Shown piece by piece: positions 25,280-39,300 of a stretch of 64,000 bases of DNA (its first letter is position 1; each line of letters opens with the position of its first letter). The DNA comes from Octopus sinensis (lineage: Eukaryota). Both the position numbers and the translations under genes were made by a program. Under the pieces are notes generated by a model. It did no database searches. It was not told where the DNA came from and saw nothing but the letters and a program-made list of their open reading frames with translations. The stretch is taken from contig NC_043010.1 of NCBI RefSeq assembly GCF_006345805.1, positions 18,662,001-18,726,000 on the forward strand, in the 5' to 3' direction.

Positions 25280-25560
25280 CACTCTGCTTGAAATCCCGCT
25301 GCAAATGCTGTGTATCAATAGTTTACAACTGATGCACCGGGCGGAGTTCCTGCCAACTCCATTGAGCATGATTCTTTTTACTCCCCACGTCTTCATTCCT
25401 GCAAACAAAAAATGTTGTCTTTGCTGGATTTCCTATGAGGCCTGTAATTCTAGGTCGTCTTCTCGGTTTGGAATTTCTTCACAAAACCTTTGACCGATTA
25501 AGCAACGAGAACTAATTCATCGGCATATAGGAGTTCTCGTGGGCTACCATTCTTTAACTC
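25280..25560 (-). mobile_element. RTE-clade RT fragment
   Basis: Translation GSPRELLYADELVLVA..GVGRNSARCISCKLLIH. Confidence 0.65.
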
Positions 25561-25574
25561 TTCCACACACACAC

Positions 25575-26400
25575 ACGCCATCAGGATAGCTAATGAACTT
25601 GAGGAGATGTATGAAATAAGAGCTGATGCAGATCTCTCCCCAAAAAGCATTGGTAAATTTCATCTATCAGAGCAAAACATACAGAATGCATCATTTCACT
25701 GAGAAGGTTGCGCATGGGTACTTGGCAGGGAAGACCCAATCTACAGAGGGAATAAACTATGTTAAAAGCTTGTCAAAGAGTACCGACAACTTTATACAAT
25801 TCTAGATCAAGAGATCTCCCACCAAGGACCTTGCAGCATAAAAGGCAGAAGACGCTGACAGACAACAAATGTAGACTGTGAAAAACAAAAACGACATCAA
25901 CCAAATTATTATCAATTGCAAGAGAAGAATGTCTTCCAGCCATTATCTTCCCATGAAGCCGGATGTGGCAGCCAGAACAGTCAGGAACAGGATAACAAAA
26001 AGAAAACATCAACAGACGAAGTTGATTATATTGAGATCGATGGGTCACAGGAATATTGGTAAAACGTAAGAATTAAAACATCCGTCAAGTTACAACGCAA
26101 CCAACCAGATATTGTTGTGTGGGATCACAAAGAAAAGATATGTTCTGCTGTGGAAATCAGCTGCCCCCCGGACACTAATGTGGTTAGAAAAATACAAACG
26201 AAAGAAGGCATCTACGGACCATTGATAAGGAGTTTCCAAATCCAGTACCCAAGATATACTTTCTGTTTCATGCCAGTTATTACAGGAGCAACAGCATACA
26301 TGCAAACCAGTTTGGAGCAAAGAATGGATGAACTTGCTTTCCTGACAGTACAAATGACAGCTGAGGAAAACGAAAATCTGTAAGACATTCTAAAGAGTTA
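25575..26400 (+). mobile_element. Third RLE-type (R4-related) LINE 3' fragment
   Basis: Frameshifted DNKCRL..YLPM.PDVAA..NQPDIVVWDHKEKICSAVEISCPPDTNVVRKIQTKEGIYGPLIR..PVITGA. Confidence 0.7.
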
Positions 26401-26645
26401 ATGGATAATGAGCTAAACAAGACGCCTTCTTTTAGAACCTAGCGAAGAAGCAATTGGGCAGTTAAAATTACTCTAAATTAAAAAGGAAGAACAACAAACG
26501 TGTACACACATACGTTCAGTTGTCAGACGTTTCTGAAGTTCAGCACACGTAACATTGTTTCTTTATCTATGTTCTAGCGCTGGAGTTTTGTATTGTAGAA
26601 ACCAACTCCTTCGTATGAGGAAGAGTTCAAAGTATTAGAAATGGA

Positions 26646-27015
<370 letters not shown>

Positions 27016-27320
27016 GTCGCGAATGCCACGCCGCTGCGAGACACTTCAGTCAACAAACTCACGGTTTCTGTTTCGCTTAACAACAAAAGCAATTTCTTCC
27101 ACATCTACAGAGCACTCATTTGTCATTCAATCGACACAAAGTATGCGTATATTACATACGTATATTACACAAACACATATATATGCACATACGTACAGTC
27201 ACCGTACATACATACTCGCGCCCGCTTAAGCTAGACAAGATACATAAACACGGTAAACAAATCCTTTTCTTTCATTTATTTGACATGATTTTTTCCTTCT
27301 TAGTGATATAATAAGGCTGT

Positions 27321-27696
27321 TCTAAGGCGGCGAACCGGCAGAATCGTTAGCACACCGGGCGAAATGCTTACCGGTATTTTGTCTACCGCTACGTTCTGAG
27401 TTCAAATTCCGCCGAGGTCGACTTTGCCTTTCATCCTTTCGGGGTCGATAAATTAAGTACCAGAATCACACTGGGGTCGATGTAATCCACTTAATCCGTT
27501 TGTCTGTCCTTGTTTTCCCCCTCTATGTTTAACCCCTTGTGGGTAATAAAGAAATAGGTATTTTGTTTACCGTTACGTTCTGAGTTCAAATTCCGCCGAG
27601 GTCGACTTTGCCTTTCATCCTTTCGGGGTCAATAATCGACTTAATCCGTTTGTCTGTCCTCTCTGTGTTTAGCCCCTTGTGGGTAGTAAAGAAATA
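27321..27696 (+). mobile_element. Family A SINE dimer
   Basis: Junction at 27557/27558; 16-bp TSD GATATAATAAGGCTGT at 27305-27320 and 27697-27712. Confidence 0.85.
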
Positions 27697-27838
27697 GATA
27701 TAATAAGGCTGTACCATGAGGTGTTCACAGCAGCAAATCATTGCCCATGAAGTAGGATTTTGACGACTTTGTGGTGTTAAGTTTTCATGATCAATCGGTG
27801 TTGCCTCCAACACATGTCAAAATGCTGCACATTCCTGT

Positions 27839-27885
<47 letters not shown>

Positions 27886-28606
27886 TCTTTTACTTGTTTC
27901 AGTCATTAGATTGCGGCCATGCTGGGGCACCTCCTTGAAGAATTTAGCTGAGCAAATCGACCCCAGTTTTGTTTTGACTTTATTTTTTGTAAAGCCTGGT
28001 AGTTATTCTATCGATCTCTTTTGCTGAATCACCCAATTTACGAGGATATAAACACACCAACACCAATTGCCAGGCGGCGGCGGTGGTGGTGGTGGTGAGA
28101 CAAATACAGATGCAAAGATACACCCATAGATGCATTTAAATAAATACACATCACACTTTCTTTACGAAATTTCAGATTTTATATTGTTGATATATGCGAT
28201 GTGTGTCAGTATGTATGTGTACGAGTCTTTTATTCTTTCCTTTTTCTTATGTTAAATTCCTATATAATTATAATTTACGCACTCCGAAACGTATTTGTAA
28301 TTTAAAGAAATGGAAAGAAAAACCCATCTTTTCCTGGAAATTATGAGGAAACAAAACTAATTCGTATCAGTTTTTTTTTTAAATTCCTCTCCCAACCCAC
28401 GGACAAACTTTTTTCACTACGAATTCAGATATAAATGGAATTTACATCATCCGAAGCATATTTGTAGAAACTTTCATTAAAAAATATCCATTTTTCTGGA
28501 AGTTATGAGGAAACAAACTCAGGGCGGAGGGCAAACTTTTGTAGGTATACATATTTGCATACATGTGTAAATGTCGGTTGGATTACACACAAATGCATCG
28601 TATACC

Positions 28607-29019
28607 TATTACTTTACTACCCACAAGGGGCTAAACACAGAGGGGACAAACAAGTACAGACAAACGGATTAAGTCGATTACATCGACCCCAGTGCGTAAC
28701 TGGTACTTATTTAATCGACCCCGAAAGGATGAAAGGCAAAGTCGACCTCGGCGGAATTTGAACTCAGAACGTAACGGCAGACGAAATACCTATATCTTTA
28801 CTACCCACAAGGGGCTAAACACAGAGGGGACAAACAAGGACAGACAAACGGATTAAGTCGATTACATCGACCCCAGTGCGTAACTGGTACTTATTTAATC
28901 GACCCCGAAAGTATGAAAGGCAAAATCGACCTTGGCGGAATTTGAACTCAGAACGTAACGGCGGACGAAATACTGCTAAGCATTTCGCCCGGCGTGCTAA
29001 CGTTTCTGCCAGCTCGCCG
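28607..29019 (-). mobile_element. Family A SINE dimer
   Basis: Junction at 28790/28791; 9-bp TSD TCGTATACC at 28598-28606 and 29020-29028. Confidence 0.85.
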
Positions 29020-29772
29020 TCGTATACCGTACAACTGTTTGTACATGTACGTACGCACGTATACACTGGCGCGCTTGATAAGCGAGGACAATGAATGAAG
29101 CGGGGTGAATGGAAGGAAATGGCGCTGTTTAGCCAAGTCAGCATGTGGGATTATGCGTGCGCGCGTGTGTGTGTATGCCTGTGTATACCTCTGTGCGTGC
29201 GTGCGTGCGTGTACACGTTTCTGTATCAGTACGAATATGTATGTGCATTTTGCTTTTGTACACGGCTGGGTACTCAAGAAGAAGAGAGAACCCCTCGCGC
29301 TAGTCATTAAGAAAGTGAAAATAAGTCAGTTTTGAAATTGAAATAAAATGTTATTCGTTTCGGTATAAAATAATAATAATAATGAAATTATTGTATACAG
29401 TGCTCAGGTGCACCACAACTTGTCAAAAGTGCGTATAAAGCATATCATTCGAATATATTGTTATTTAAAATGTTTTGTGATATTTTGCCATATATTCAGA
29501 GTTTTAATGCTGTATATTAATTTCTAAAGGAGAACAAAGCGGTGAATTGTATATATAACACGCAGATTGAAGAGTATGACGGGAGTACAAACAAATATGA
29601 TTGAATCCCATCCAAATGAGTTTCTTTAGAGGGACAAATGTGGGAAAACTGGGGATGAATGTTTTTAAAACATTCTAAAACATCTTCGTTTACTTTTGAA
29701 TAACATTTTATTTGAATTTCAAAATTTGTTTTATTTTCACTTTTCTTAATGACTAGCGTGGGTTTACTTTTC

Positions 29773-30211
29773 GGTACTACTAGCGAACAGTGGTCCCGGT
29801 GCGCGCACTCGCGCATCCGAGCTAGCTAGTCGTAAGTAGTCGATCCTACAACGACTTTTTAACCCTAACCCTAACCCTAAACCTAATTTTTTAACCTTAA
29901 TCTTAACCCTAACCCTAACCCTCGCCTTAGTTTGTTTATAAGAATAATTTATTTATTTAGTTTTAAAAAATTACATTGCGTTTTATTTATTTTGTTCGAA
30001 AAATATTTAATTTGTGTAAAAAAATTATTTACATTGTTTTAAAAAATAATATATTTACTTAGTTTTAAAAATTATTTACTTGCGTTTTATTTACTTTGTT
30101 CGAAAAATATTATTTAATTTTCTTTGATATGTATTCAGCCTTGAAATACAAACATACACGCAAGTCGTTGTAGGATAGCGCGTACCGGGACCACTGTTCG
30201 CTAGTAGTACC
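29773..30211. mobile_element. Merlin-like MITE (439 bp) carrying (CCCTAA)n telomeric repeats
   Basis: 28-bp perfect TIR GGTACTACTAGCGAACAGTGGTCCCGGT, extended by ATCCTACAACGACTT. 8-bp TSD TACTTTTC at 29765-29772 and 30212-30219. TAACCC repeats at 29860-29922. Confidence 0.85.
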
Positions 30212-31924
30212 TACTTTTCTTCATGACTCCCCATGGCTGTGCGCATGTGTTTGTGTGTAAACATTCGCATTTGTCACTGTTATTGTTGTTTGTTTGTTCC
30301 AAATCTGTGTTGATCGAACAATTTTACATTAATGACATTCTACTTCAGACCACCTCGTCGTGTTTTGTTTTGTTTCGTGTTTTTTTTCTTCTACACACAC
30401 AGCATCTGGGTCACCTTCATCTAATGTGTCCCTGACCCTTGTTAAATTTCTTCCAACCACTTGAAGAGTTATCATTTTTCATCAGAATATTTTCAAAAGA
30501 TGTAGTTTTGATGAAGTTTTCCATTCTGATGACGAAAATCGCATTCGTATTTTCTTTTTCGCGAAATTAATAATAAAGTTACTGACAGATAAAGATAGCT
30601 GATGTAATTTAAAAGGGAAATTTTGTTGCTATTTTTAGGAAGTCGAGCAGTCACGTAGAAGCTGTTTGTGGGTGTTTGTTGCGTTTTGTTTGTAAATAAT
30701 CATCTGTGTGGAGGCGCAATGGCCTAGTGGTTAGGGAAGCGGACTCGCGGTCGTAGGATCGCGGTTTCGATTCCCAGACCGGGCGTTGTGAGTGTTTATT
30801 GAGTAAAAACACTTAAAGTTCCACGAGGCACCGGCAGGCTGGTGGCAAACCCTGCTGTACTCTTTCACCACAACTTTCTCTCACTCTTTCTTCCTGTTTC
30901 TATTGTACCTGTATTTCACACTGTGTCACGCTGACCCCCCCTCCCGAACTACGTTAAGGATACACGTGTCTGTGGAATACTCAGCCACTTACACGTTAAT
31001 TTCACGAGCAGGCTGTTCCGTTGATCGGATCAACTTGAACGCTCGTCGTCGCAACCGACGGAGTGTTGGCTTCATGATGAAGATATTCAGCTCACGATCG
31101 CGTTGTCCTTGAGCAAGACTACTCCTCAGCGTTAAGAGAACAGGTGTCCGTGGTATACTCAGCCACATGCATTTAAACATCGAAACCGATGATTTACAGC
31201 GCTTTTAATTTTTTAATTGTTAGCACCGAGTAGTAGGCAAACGTCGGTCTCCGAATAGAGCTATGACAAAAGATGTTCCAGTCGTGGCCATCTCCTCTTT
31301 CACTTAGATACAGCGCCCGAATATATTGTTTTCATTTTAAGATAGTGTGGTTTGATTTGAGGGAGATTTGACTGCTGTTTCTAGCATGTCGATAGACACT
31401 GTGGGGCAAGACCCACCACCACCACCACTACAACACCCATCTCTGCTTGCATGTGTCCGTGATAAAAGTGTCGCAGGTTGGATTTTTAAGAACATGTGCC
31501 GAACTGAAATACATGCAGTAGAAACTTATAGACGATCCCCTGATCTGCTAGAAATAGCTGAGAAACCTTCCTCAAATCATACCTTACAGTATAAAACACA
31601 CACAAACACAGCTGGAAAGGATGAATTATACCTGTAATCTGTGTAATGTGACAAGGACCAGCCTTGTCACATTCCGTGTCATACTGAATCTCCCTGAAAA
31701 CTACGTAAAGGGCACGCGTGTCTGTGGAGTGCTCAGCCACTTGCACGTTGATTTCACGAGCAGACTCTTCCGTCGATGAGATCAACTGGAACACTCGTCG
31801 TTGTACTGTCGTGTTAAATTCTCCTCAGAGTAGAAGTTTACATTTTGTTGGAACTTTCGAAGTTCCAGTAAAGTTTCATCAGTAAAGTTCAGAGTACGGC
31901 CAAGAACGGTCATCAGAGGAAGAA

Positions 31925-32054
<130 letters not shown>

Positions 32055-32080
32055 GAGAATTTGTTGTTAGAAGGGAAAAA

Positions 32081-32116
32081 GCAAATGTTTCAGACATTGT
32101 CCTTCTTCAGGGAAAA
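32081..32116 (-). other. Decayed minimal hammerhead-like motif
   Basis: Minus strand reads CC-CTGAAGA-A-GGAC(AAT)GTCT-GAAAC-ATT; stem I is not restored. Confidence 0.4.
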
Positions 32117-32199
32117 GTTGAAAGGAAAGGGCGTAAAACTCTGAATATTATTTTAGCAGGTTTAAAGTGATTTCTTTTGTGCTGTAAGCCAATTACCAT

Positions 32200-33330
32200 T
32201 TCTGCGGTGCCCTCCATTTCCCTTGATGCGCTAAGCACATGCCTATTTTGCTTAATGGTTAATCCAGCGCTGTCTTCCACTTTCGAATTTCTTGCTGTGA
32301 TTATAAACGACTATCCAATTTTCCGAATGCATCACTAACTTTCTTGATTCGGAGGGAAGTTTCAACACCAAGAGCATTTGTCATGTTCACTGCCTGAATA
32401 CACGAATTTATCCACAACCTGCAATGTCTGTCCATACGAATAAATGTTGGGCTCAGAGAAGGCTTTACTTGGTTCAGGTAGATATATCATGACTGTTTTT
32501 TATTTGTATTCAGGTTGGCTGTTCGACCCAATGCACTGCACGTTGTTGCTGTGAAAGAGTTCACAAAATGCTGCATGTCACTCTGAAAGTGAGCAACAAG
32601 ATCACAGCCGCCGGCAGACAGGAACTCGCATATTAGAGATGAGATCATCATTGTTTTGGCAGCGGCGTTCTGTATTAAACACCCTGTCTATTGTTCAATA
32701 TCTGATCTCGATCCCACGTATTCTTTTATTCGTTCGCTTGTTTCACTCATCAGACTACGGCCATACTGGGGCACTATTTTGAAAAATTTTGGTCAAACGA
32801 ATCTACCACAATTCTCATTTTTTTTAAGGCTTGTACTTATTCTATCCGTCTCTTTCAACGAATCGTTACGTTACGGAGACGTACTCACGCCAACACTGGT
32901 TGTTAGCCAATAGTGAAAGACAAAAACAGGCACAAAGACACACATATATACATAAGATGGACTTCTTTCAGTTTCCGTCTACCAAATCCACTGACAAGGC
33001 TTTGGTCGGCTCAAGGCTATTGTAGAAGACACTCACTTAAGGTGGCATACAGTGGAACTGAACCCGGAACCATGTGGTGGGGAAGCAGCGATGTTGTTGA
33101 GAAGACTGTTTCATTAGGATCCTACGCAACACCTTGTCTCCAACAGAGAGAAGAAATATTCCTCGACCTACGTTTCCCTTTACAGAGAACGACCACCAGC
33201 ACATCTTTCCAACCATTTCGGACACTCTCTTCCGTTCAAACTTTTGGCATGAATTATTTAGACGTTGAAGCAGGTTTTCAACACCACATTTCAAGATGTT
33301 CACACAGATGATCCCAGGCGACTTGCCACA
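32200..33330 (-). mobile_element. RTE/BovB-like RT remnant interrupted by a family B SINE (32700-33075)
   Basis: ILKCGVENLLQRL..SLSVGDKVLRRIL (33080-33330), ICEFLSAGGCDLVAH..MQHFVNSF (32530-32640) and RIKKVSDAFGKLDSRL. Confidence 0.65.
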
Positions 33331-33574
33331 CGTTAACTCTTTTTTTTTTACAGCATTTGCATCATCATCACAACCATCTTCCTTTTATATCTTCATCCTC
33401 CTAGTTACTTTCTCATGCAATGTTGGTTAGCTGGGTATCTCCTCTATAGCAAGACACTTGCATTTGTCCTGCTGTCATACTTTAGCATCTCAGCAGCTAG
33501 CATAACGTCACCTCCTCCTTCTTAATATGTCCCCTACTTAGTCGTAGGGGTTTCTTCTCTTGCCTGTTCTTTTC

Positions 33575-33770
33575 TGGCTGGCAAGATACACGGCGACCCA
33601 ATTCACACTGTAAAGTGGTTAGCGTTACGAAGGGCACCCAACCGTGAAGACATGCCTAAGCTGACATTGAGGGGTCAGTGCAGCCCTGAGGCTTGCTGGA
33701 TCCTGTCAAATCGTCCAACCCATGCCAGCATGGAAAATGGACTTTAAACGACTTCGACGACGACGATGAT
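33575..33770 (+). mobile_element. RTE 3'-UTR-type fragment with (GAT)n-like tail
   Basis: Signature GGCGTTAGGAAGGGCATCC..TCCAACCCATGCCAGCATGGAAA. Other copies at 40040-40280 (+), 42540-42710 (-), 44876-45070 (-), 45190-45680 (+), 46140-46335 (+), 46615-46760 (+), 53520-53810 (-) and 55980-56095 (+). Confidence 0.65.
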
Positions 33771-34194
33771 ATACAAACACTCAGATCCATGGTGCTGATC
33801 TTAGAAGCATCCGGGCAGGTGGTTCCATCAAAGCTCTTCATCCCCTGAGAAGACTCATTTAGCGGAATCGTTTCAGTTTTGAGCCTTGCGGTATTTGTTC
33901 CGACTATCTTGGCTTTGAGTTCAAATCCCGCTGAAGCCAACTTTGTCTTTCGCCTTTTCGGAGTCAATACAAAATCAGCCATTCCAAGTCGGTGAACTAG
34001 CGCAACTGTTAAAGGGTCGGTACGAAAAGTCTGGCAATGTATAGCCCAGCCCTTTGGCTTCCGACATGAACGCCTGTGACGATACTGGCGCCAAGCTGTA
34101 TCAGCCAGAGTTGGCAGTCTTTCCATCTTGGATAAACATAGTTGGCGTGGAGAGGGAAGACCAACATGTGCAGGGCAACTGCTGGTCTTCTTCA

Positions 34195-34255
<61 letters not shown>

Positions 34256-34325
34256 GTATAAATTCGGTATCAGCTTGGATATTATATCACTCTTCTTACT
34301 ATATATATATATATGATAAATATGA

Positions 34326-34358
<33 letters not shown>

Positions 34359-34559
34359 GTCTGTCTATCTATCTCCATATATATATATATATATATATCA
34401 TGCTACGTGAAAATGCATAAAAGTGCCCACCCCCACCTGCCTGGCTTACGTGTGTGTGTGTGTGTGTACGTACGCACATACATATATGGCTACACGTGAA
34501 GCACCAAAGCAAACAGTTGGACGAACACGAAAACCGTTTAAAGTTGTTTTAGATGTATG

Positions 34560-34800
34560 CAAATGAGAGGTGTTCCATGCGAACCAATGGAAAGTTCTGT
34601 AACAAATGTCACTCGATGTCGTCGTCTGCCGTCGAAGAAAGTCTTTTTCTTCCTCGTAGCCGTGCTACCATGTTAGCTCAGCAACAACCAATGAAATCGC
34701 GTGTCTTGGAGCCACGATGGAAAGCGTCATTGTTGTCGACCAATCAAATCGCCGTGTTATGTTGTTGCTGTCATTTTCTATTATTACTACAAGAGTGAAT
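34560..34800 (+). promoter_or_regulatory. Probable PDCD4 promoter with three NF-Y-type CCAAT boxes
   Basis: AACCAATGG (CCAAT at 34584), AACCAATGA (34688) and GACCAATCA (34740) in unique, CpG-enriched sequence upstream of UTR-like DNA. Confidence 0.5.
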
Positions 34801-35308
34801 GTTTTATTATTGAGTGTGTGTGCTGGTAGTAAACAACGGAGTTGTTGCCTTTACATACCTGCACAATTTAGTTTTGGTGGCCTATGTGCGGACTGAGGCA
34901 GAATATTTAGTTCGAATGTGGAGTTGAACTGTAGTGGAGTGGAGTTGGGTAACAACGAACTGGAGTGTGGAGTTTAGTTAACGATAACAACAACAACATA
35001 GCCTGGAGTGTGGAGTCTCACTGCAGCATCAGCAGCAACAACGCATTGAGTGAAGTGTAGCTGCAACAACAACAACAACAACACTGTGGTGTCTAGCTGC
35101 AGCAATTAACAACAACAACATTGACTCGAGTGTGGAGTAGCACTTTGACTGAAGTGTGGAGTGAAGCCAAAAACTGAGAGCTTTGAAGTGCTTAAAGAAC
35201 AAGGCAAGTGGAATTGGTGTGACTTGAGCGTTGTTTGTGTTTTTGTCTTTGGAGTTTTGTTTTGTTTTTGTTTCAGAAAGCAGCGAATTTCAACTGCCAT
35301 AAAAATAG
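34800..35308 (+). other. Putative PDCD4 5'UTR exons: ~34800-35203 and 35277-35308
   Basis: AAG|GCAAGT donor at 35203/35204, long U-rich tract plus CAG acceptor at 35276, and TAG|GTTGGT donor at 35308/35309. The transcription start is not determined. Confidence 0.35.
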
Positions 35309-36186
35309 GTTGGTCGGTCGAGGGAGAGACATTGACAACGGACAGACGAAAGGAGACAGCCGCTTGACATGTGGGATCAGCTACATTAAATAGGGAACGA
35401 GGGGTGTATAAATATTATATATATATATATATACAAGGATATTGTTATTAATTGCATATGTGTGTGTGTATGTTATTTATGATGTATATATGCCCGTGTT
35501 GACTGAGTTATAATAAATATAGAAAGGCGCAGTGATAAAAAACAACAAAAACAAACATGATAATACTAGACCCGTAAGTAGACATACGGTTCAGATTTAG
35601 AAATAAATTATAGGGGCAAAAGTGAGTGGCAAATATAGAAGACAGGGGTATAAATGAGGGAGAGAGAGGGTGTTGAGAAGCTAGAAATAGATAGAGGGGT
35701 TTGTTGAGAAGAAGGCAAACATAAACATGGAGGAGGTGGAGGCGGGGGTTGTGGTGAAATGGCAGACGTAAACAATGAGAATGGCGATGAGAGGAGGAAT
35801 GGAATAGACAACACAAGTTGATGTGAAGATGATGGTTGTAAATGAATGCAGAAGTTGACAGCCATGGAGATTATTGAAGGCGGAGAGAGAGAGAGAATAA
35901 CAAGTTTAAGTTATAATAGTCAGCAGTTGTGGTTAAATGTGAGAAATAAAAAAGACAATACACGCATCTATATCTATAATATATATATACTTTAACAAGG
36001 ATAGTTGTTTGACAGTGACTTCGAATTTTCAGCCTGTTTGGCATTGAAGTCCCTGCCAACACTATTCTCTTGTCAACGAATAATAAATATGTTCTCTACA
36101 AAAAGTATTGAGTCATTCCCCACTTCAATGTAAAATTGTTTTCATTTGAACTCGACATAATATACATGTATGTATATGTATACACA

Positions 36187-36221
<35 letters not shown>

Positions 36222-36323
36222 AGTTCAGCAAAATTTAGATTCAGATGAATATGGTACTTAAGTTGAATGCAGAAGGCACCAGAATTTTGTATGGTATTAT
36301 CCATATAAATCAAATGGGGTGAG

Positions 36324-36356
<33 letters not shown>

Positions 36357-39300
36357 GAATATGAGAGAGATAGAGAGAGCATTAATAACAGATGCCCTAG
36401 ACTTTTTCTCATAACTTTCTTTAAAATGCAAATAATTTAATGAAATTTTTGCAGAAATACTTTTACAGAGAAAATAGATTTATATAATGTTGATGTTTCA
36501 AACATATAAATCTATGGGGTAGGTTGCTAAATTTACTAATGTTGGTGATAAGAAAATGGGTGGGGAAGAAAGGTTGGAAACTAAAAAAAAAAAAAAAAAT
36601 TCCTAAAATTTATCATCCTAGTCGTAATGTCCACCTTCGAAAACGGTCAAGTGTTATAGAGTTGGAAACTATGGAGTGCCCCCAAAACCTAATTTCTTCA
36701 GGGTTCCATTGGTTTTTTGAACATCTGCAAAAGTCTTTTGAGAAGACAGAAGTCTCTTTTGTAAATTTCTACTTTTTCTTTTTAAATCTGATTTTTTTTT
36801 TCAGTTTCTATTTCTGTCTTCTGAAATTATAATTCTTATACATTGTGTAAAAAAAAATTTAACTTTACAGAAAAGTCTCAAAATTGAAAATTGACGGAAA
36901 AAAAGCTGTGTGGCGGGAGGGAGGGAATTTTTTTATTTAAAAAATTTCTTTTTCAAATTCAAGAGATCTTGGAAATCTACGATGGTAAAAACAGAAAGGG
37001 AAGAAATTAAGATTCGAAGGAAAGATTGTGTTTGGCGCACTAGAGAATTTGCGAATCTTAAGGAATCCTGCAAAATTTCGTTATGAAAGTATAAATTTGT
37101 CAGAGATCAACGGGGCATCAATCTGTAATTATGATTGTGTGTGTGTATAGGGAGAGAGAGATTATAATTAATGTAAGAGTTGTGAAGCATGTTAAAATAT
37201 ATTTTACATGTTTAACATGCAACAAACATCTTATCCGGCAGTCTGGGATGGCTTTTACTCTCTTCTCGGTCTGGGATGTTCAAACGCCCCAATCAAGGCC
37301 GAAACTCCTGACTCTCTGCATGTGTTTGTGTGTAAGCATATATATATGTATATACATGCGTGTGTGTGTGTATATATATATATATATATGTATCGTTTAT
37401 TATTATTTCTTTTGTTTTAATCATTGGACTGAGGCCATGCTGGAGCACCGCTTTGTATTCAGTCGAACAAAGCGAACTGGGTACTTTTTTTTTCCAGTTT
37501 GGTATTTATTCTGTCGATCTCTCCTCCGAACATCTCAGTTACGAGGTCGTAAACAAACCACAGCCAGTTGTCAAGTGGTGGAGGTGAACACACACACACA
37601 CACACTCTCTCTCTCTCTCTCTCTCTCTCTCAGGAGTGTAGAATAACAGGAGGCTGCTGTTTACTCGGGTATGGTGAGGTATACACGAGGAATAAGCAGA
37701 CAATTGAGAAGTGCACAGCCTGTATTTGAAACTGTATAAACATCGTTAATTTACAACAACAGACTCAAACTCTGTGTGTTTATATGTGTATGTGTGTGCG
37801 TGCGTATGTGCGTAGTGTACATATTTGTTATTTATTTCGTCATCACTATCTTTGGTGCTGTATTACTTCCATGAAGGAAAACAGAGAGGAAAGTCGGGGA
37901 AGTAATATTTAATACGAATAATTGGTTAATTATTGTTTTTTTTTTCTTCCTGAAATATCTCTTAATAAAGGTGATGAGTTGTCAGAATTGCTATTTAGTG
38001 GCACATCTTTGCCTTCTAGTTCAAATTCCACGCTTGTCCGCTCTAATTTCTTCCTTTGGTGGTTATTAAAGTACTTGGAGTCGTTAAAATCGGCCAGACC
38101 TCTCTCCGCCCATAATATGACGTAAGACTATATATATACATATACACACATACACACACATGCAAATATATATTTGTGGGTTAGTATATAAACAGGGATT
38201 TATTTACTTATATTAAGCCACAATAACAATATTATTGAAAAGAAAGAGGAAATACTGTGGGCGGAGAAGAAATTTAATCGCTCCATCTCGCTTACAGCTA
38301 TTGACACACTCACTCGCGCGCATTTAATGCACACACATCGTTGAGATGTACACAAATATAAACACTGATGCCTGTGTATTTAGTACACACTCACACGGCA
38401 GCACTTGCAAACCTGCGTGTAGAACAACACATCAGTACATATATCTCTTTAAACACAGTCACGTCTATGAACGAACATGTCTGTGGAGCATATAATAAAC
38501 TTGTACTTTTATATAGCATTCGTAAACACACCCACACCTTCCCTGTGACATAAACAAGTGTTATTGTTTTCATAATTTATCTTTCTTCTAATATTTTAAT
38601 TGGTATTTTGTGAGGCTGCATTGAATAATGGAGTGATACTTAGTCGGCCGTTGGAAGGGCACTGCTGGTGTGGTGGTACTGTATGGATTGGTGGTTGCCC
38701 TTCTCTTCTTTCGCACTGTACAGTGACACAGTGCCGGCCGTCGTGGCAGCACAGAACTCAGTCTTAGCATGATGGTGGTGTAGTGTATTGGCTGATGGTT
38801 TTTTTTTTTTTTAACTTACAAACCGTACATGTAGACACTTACATGGCGATCCTTCGGTATTGATCTATAGAGTATTGGTATGAGGAGACGACGTCATTCA
38901 CCCTCTTTTTCAGTTATGTCATGAGGGAAGGTTGTGTGAGTGAATGACGTCGTGTACCAATACCGAAAAATTGCCACTTGTGTGAGAGAGAGAAGCTGAA
39001 AATATTGAGGCTTGTCAATTGTTCAGAGGCCTGGATTGGATTGGATTGCAAATCTCAGTGTCAGGTAGAAATCATGATGGTGGGGGAAATGTTCATTTGG
39101 AAAGAGAGTAACCCACTTTTCTCAATGACAACAACAAGAAGGAGACCTGGCAGTGTTAGTACGAGAAATTGCGGAATGAGTGTGTGGGCGAGATAAGGCC
39201 TACTGCAAGTAGACCCAATAAAGAGACCAGCTATTGAATTAAACAGCTATATGGTTGAACTTGTGATTAATGATATGAAGGCCAAGAAAGCAGCTAGATC

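Noticed and set aside
31840-31920. Two CTGATGA motifs plus a GAAA hairpin on the minus strand
   Set aside because: There is no consistent stem I/II pairing; a local duplication explains it.
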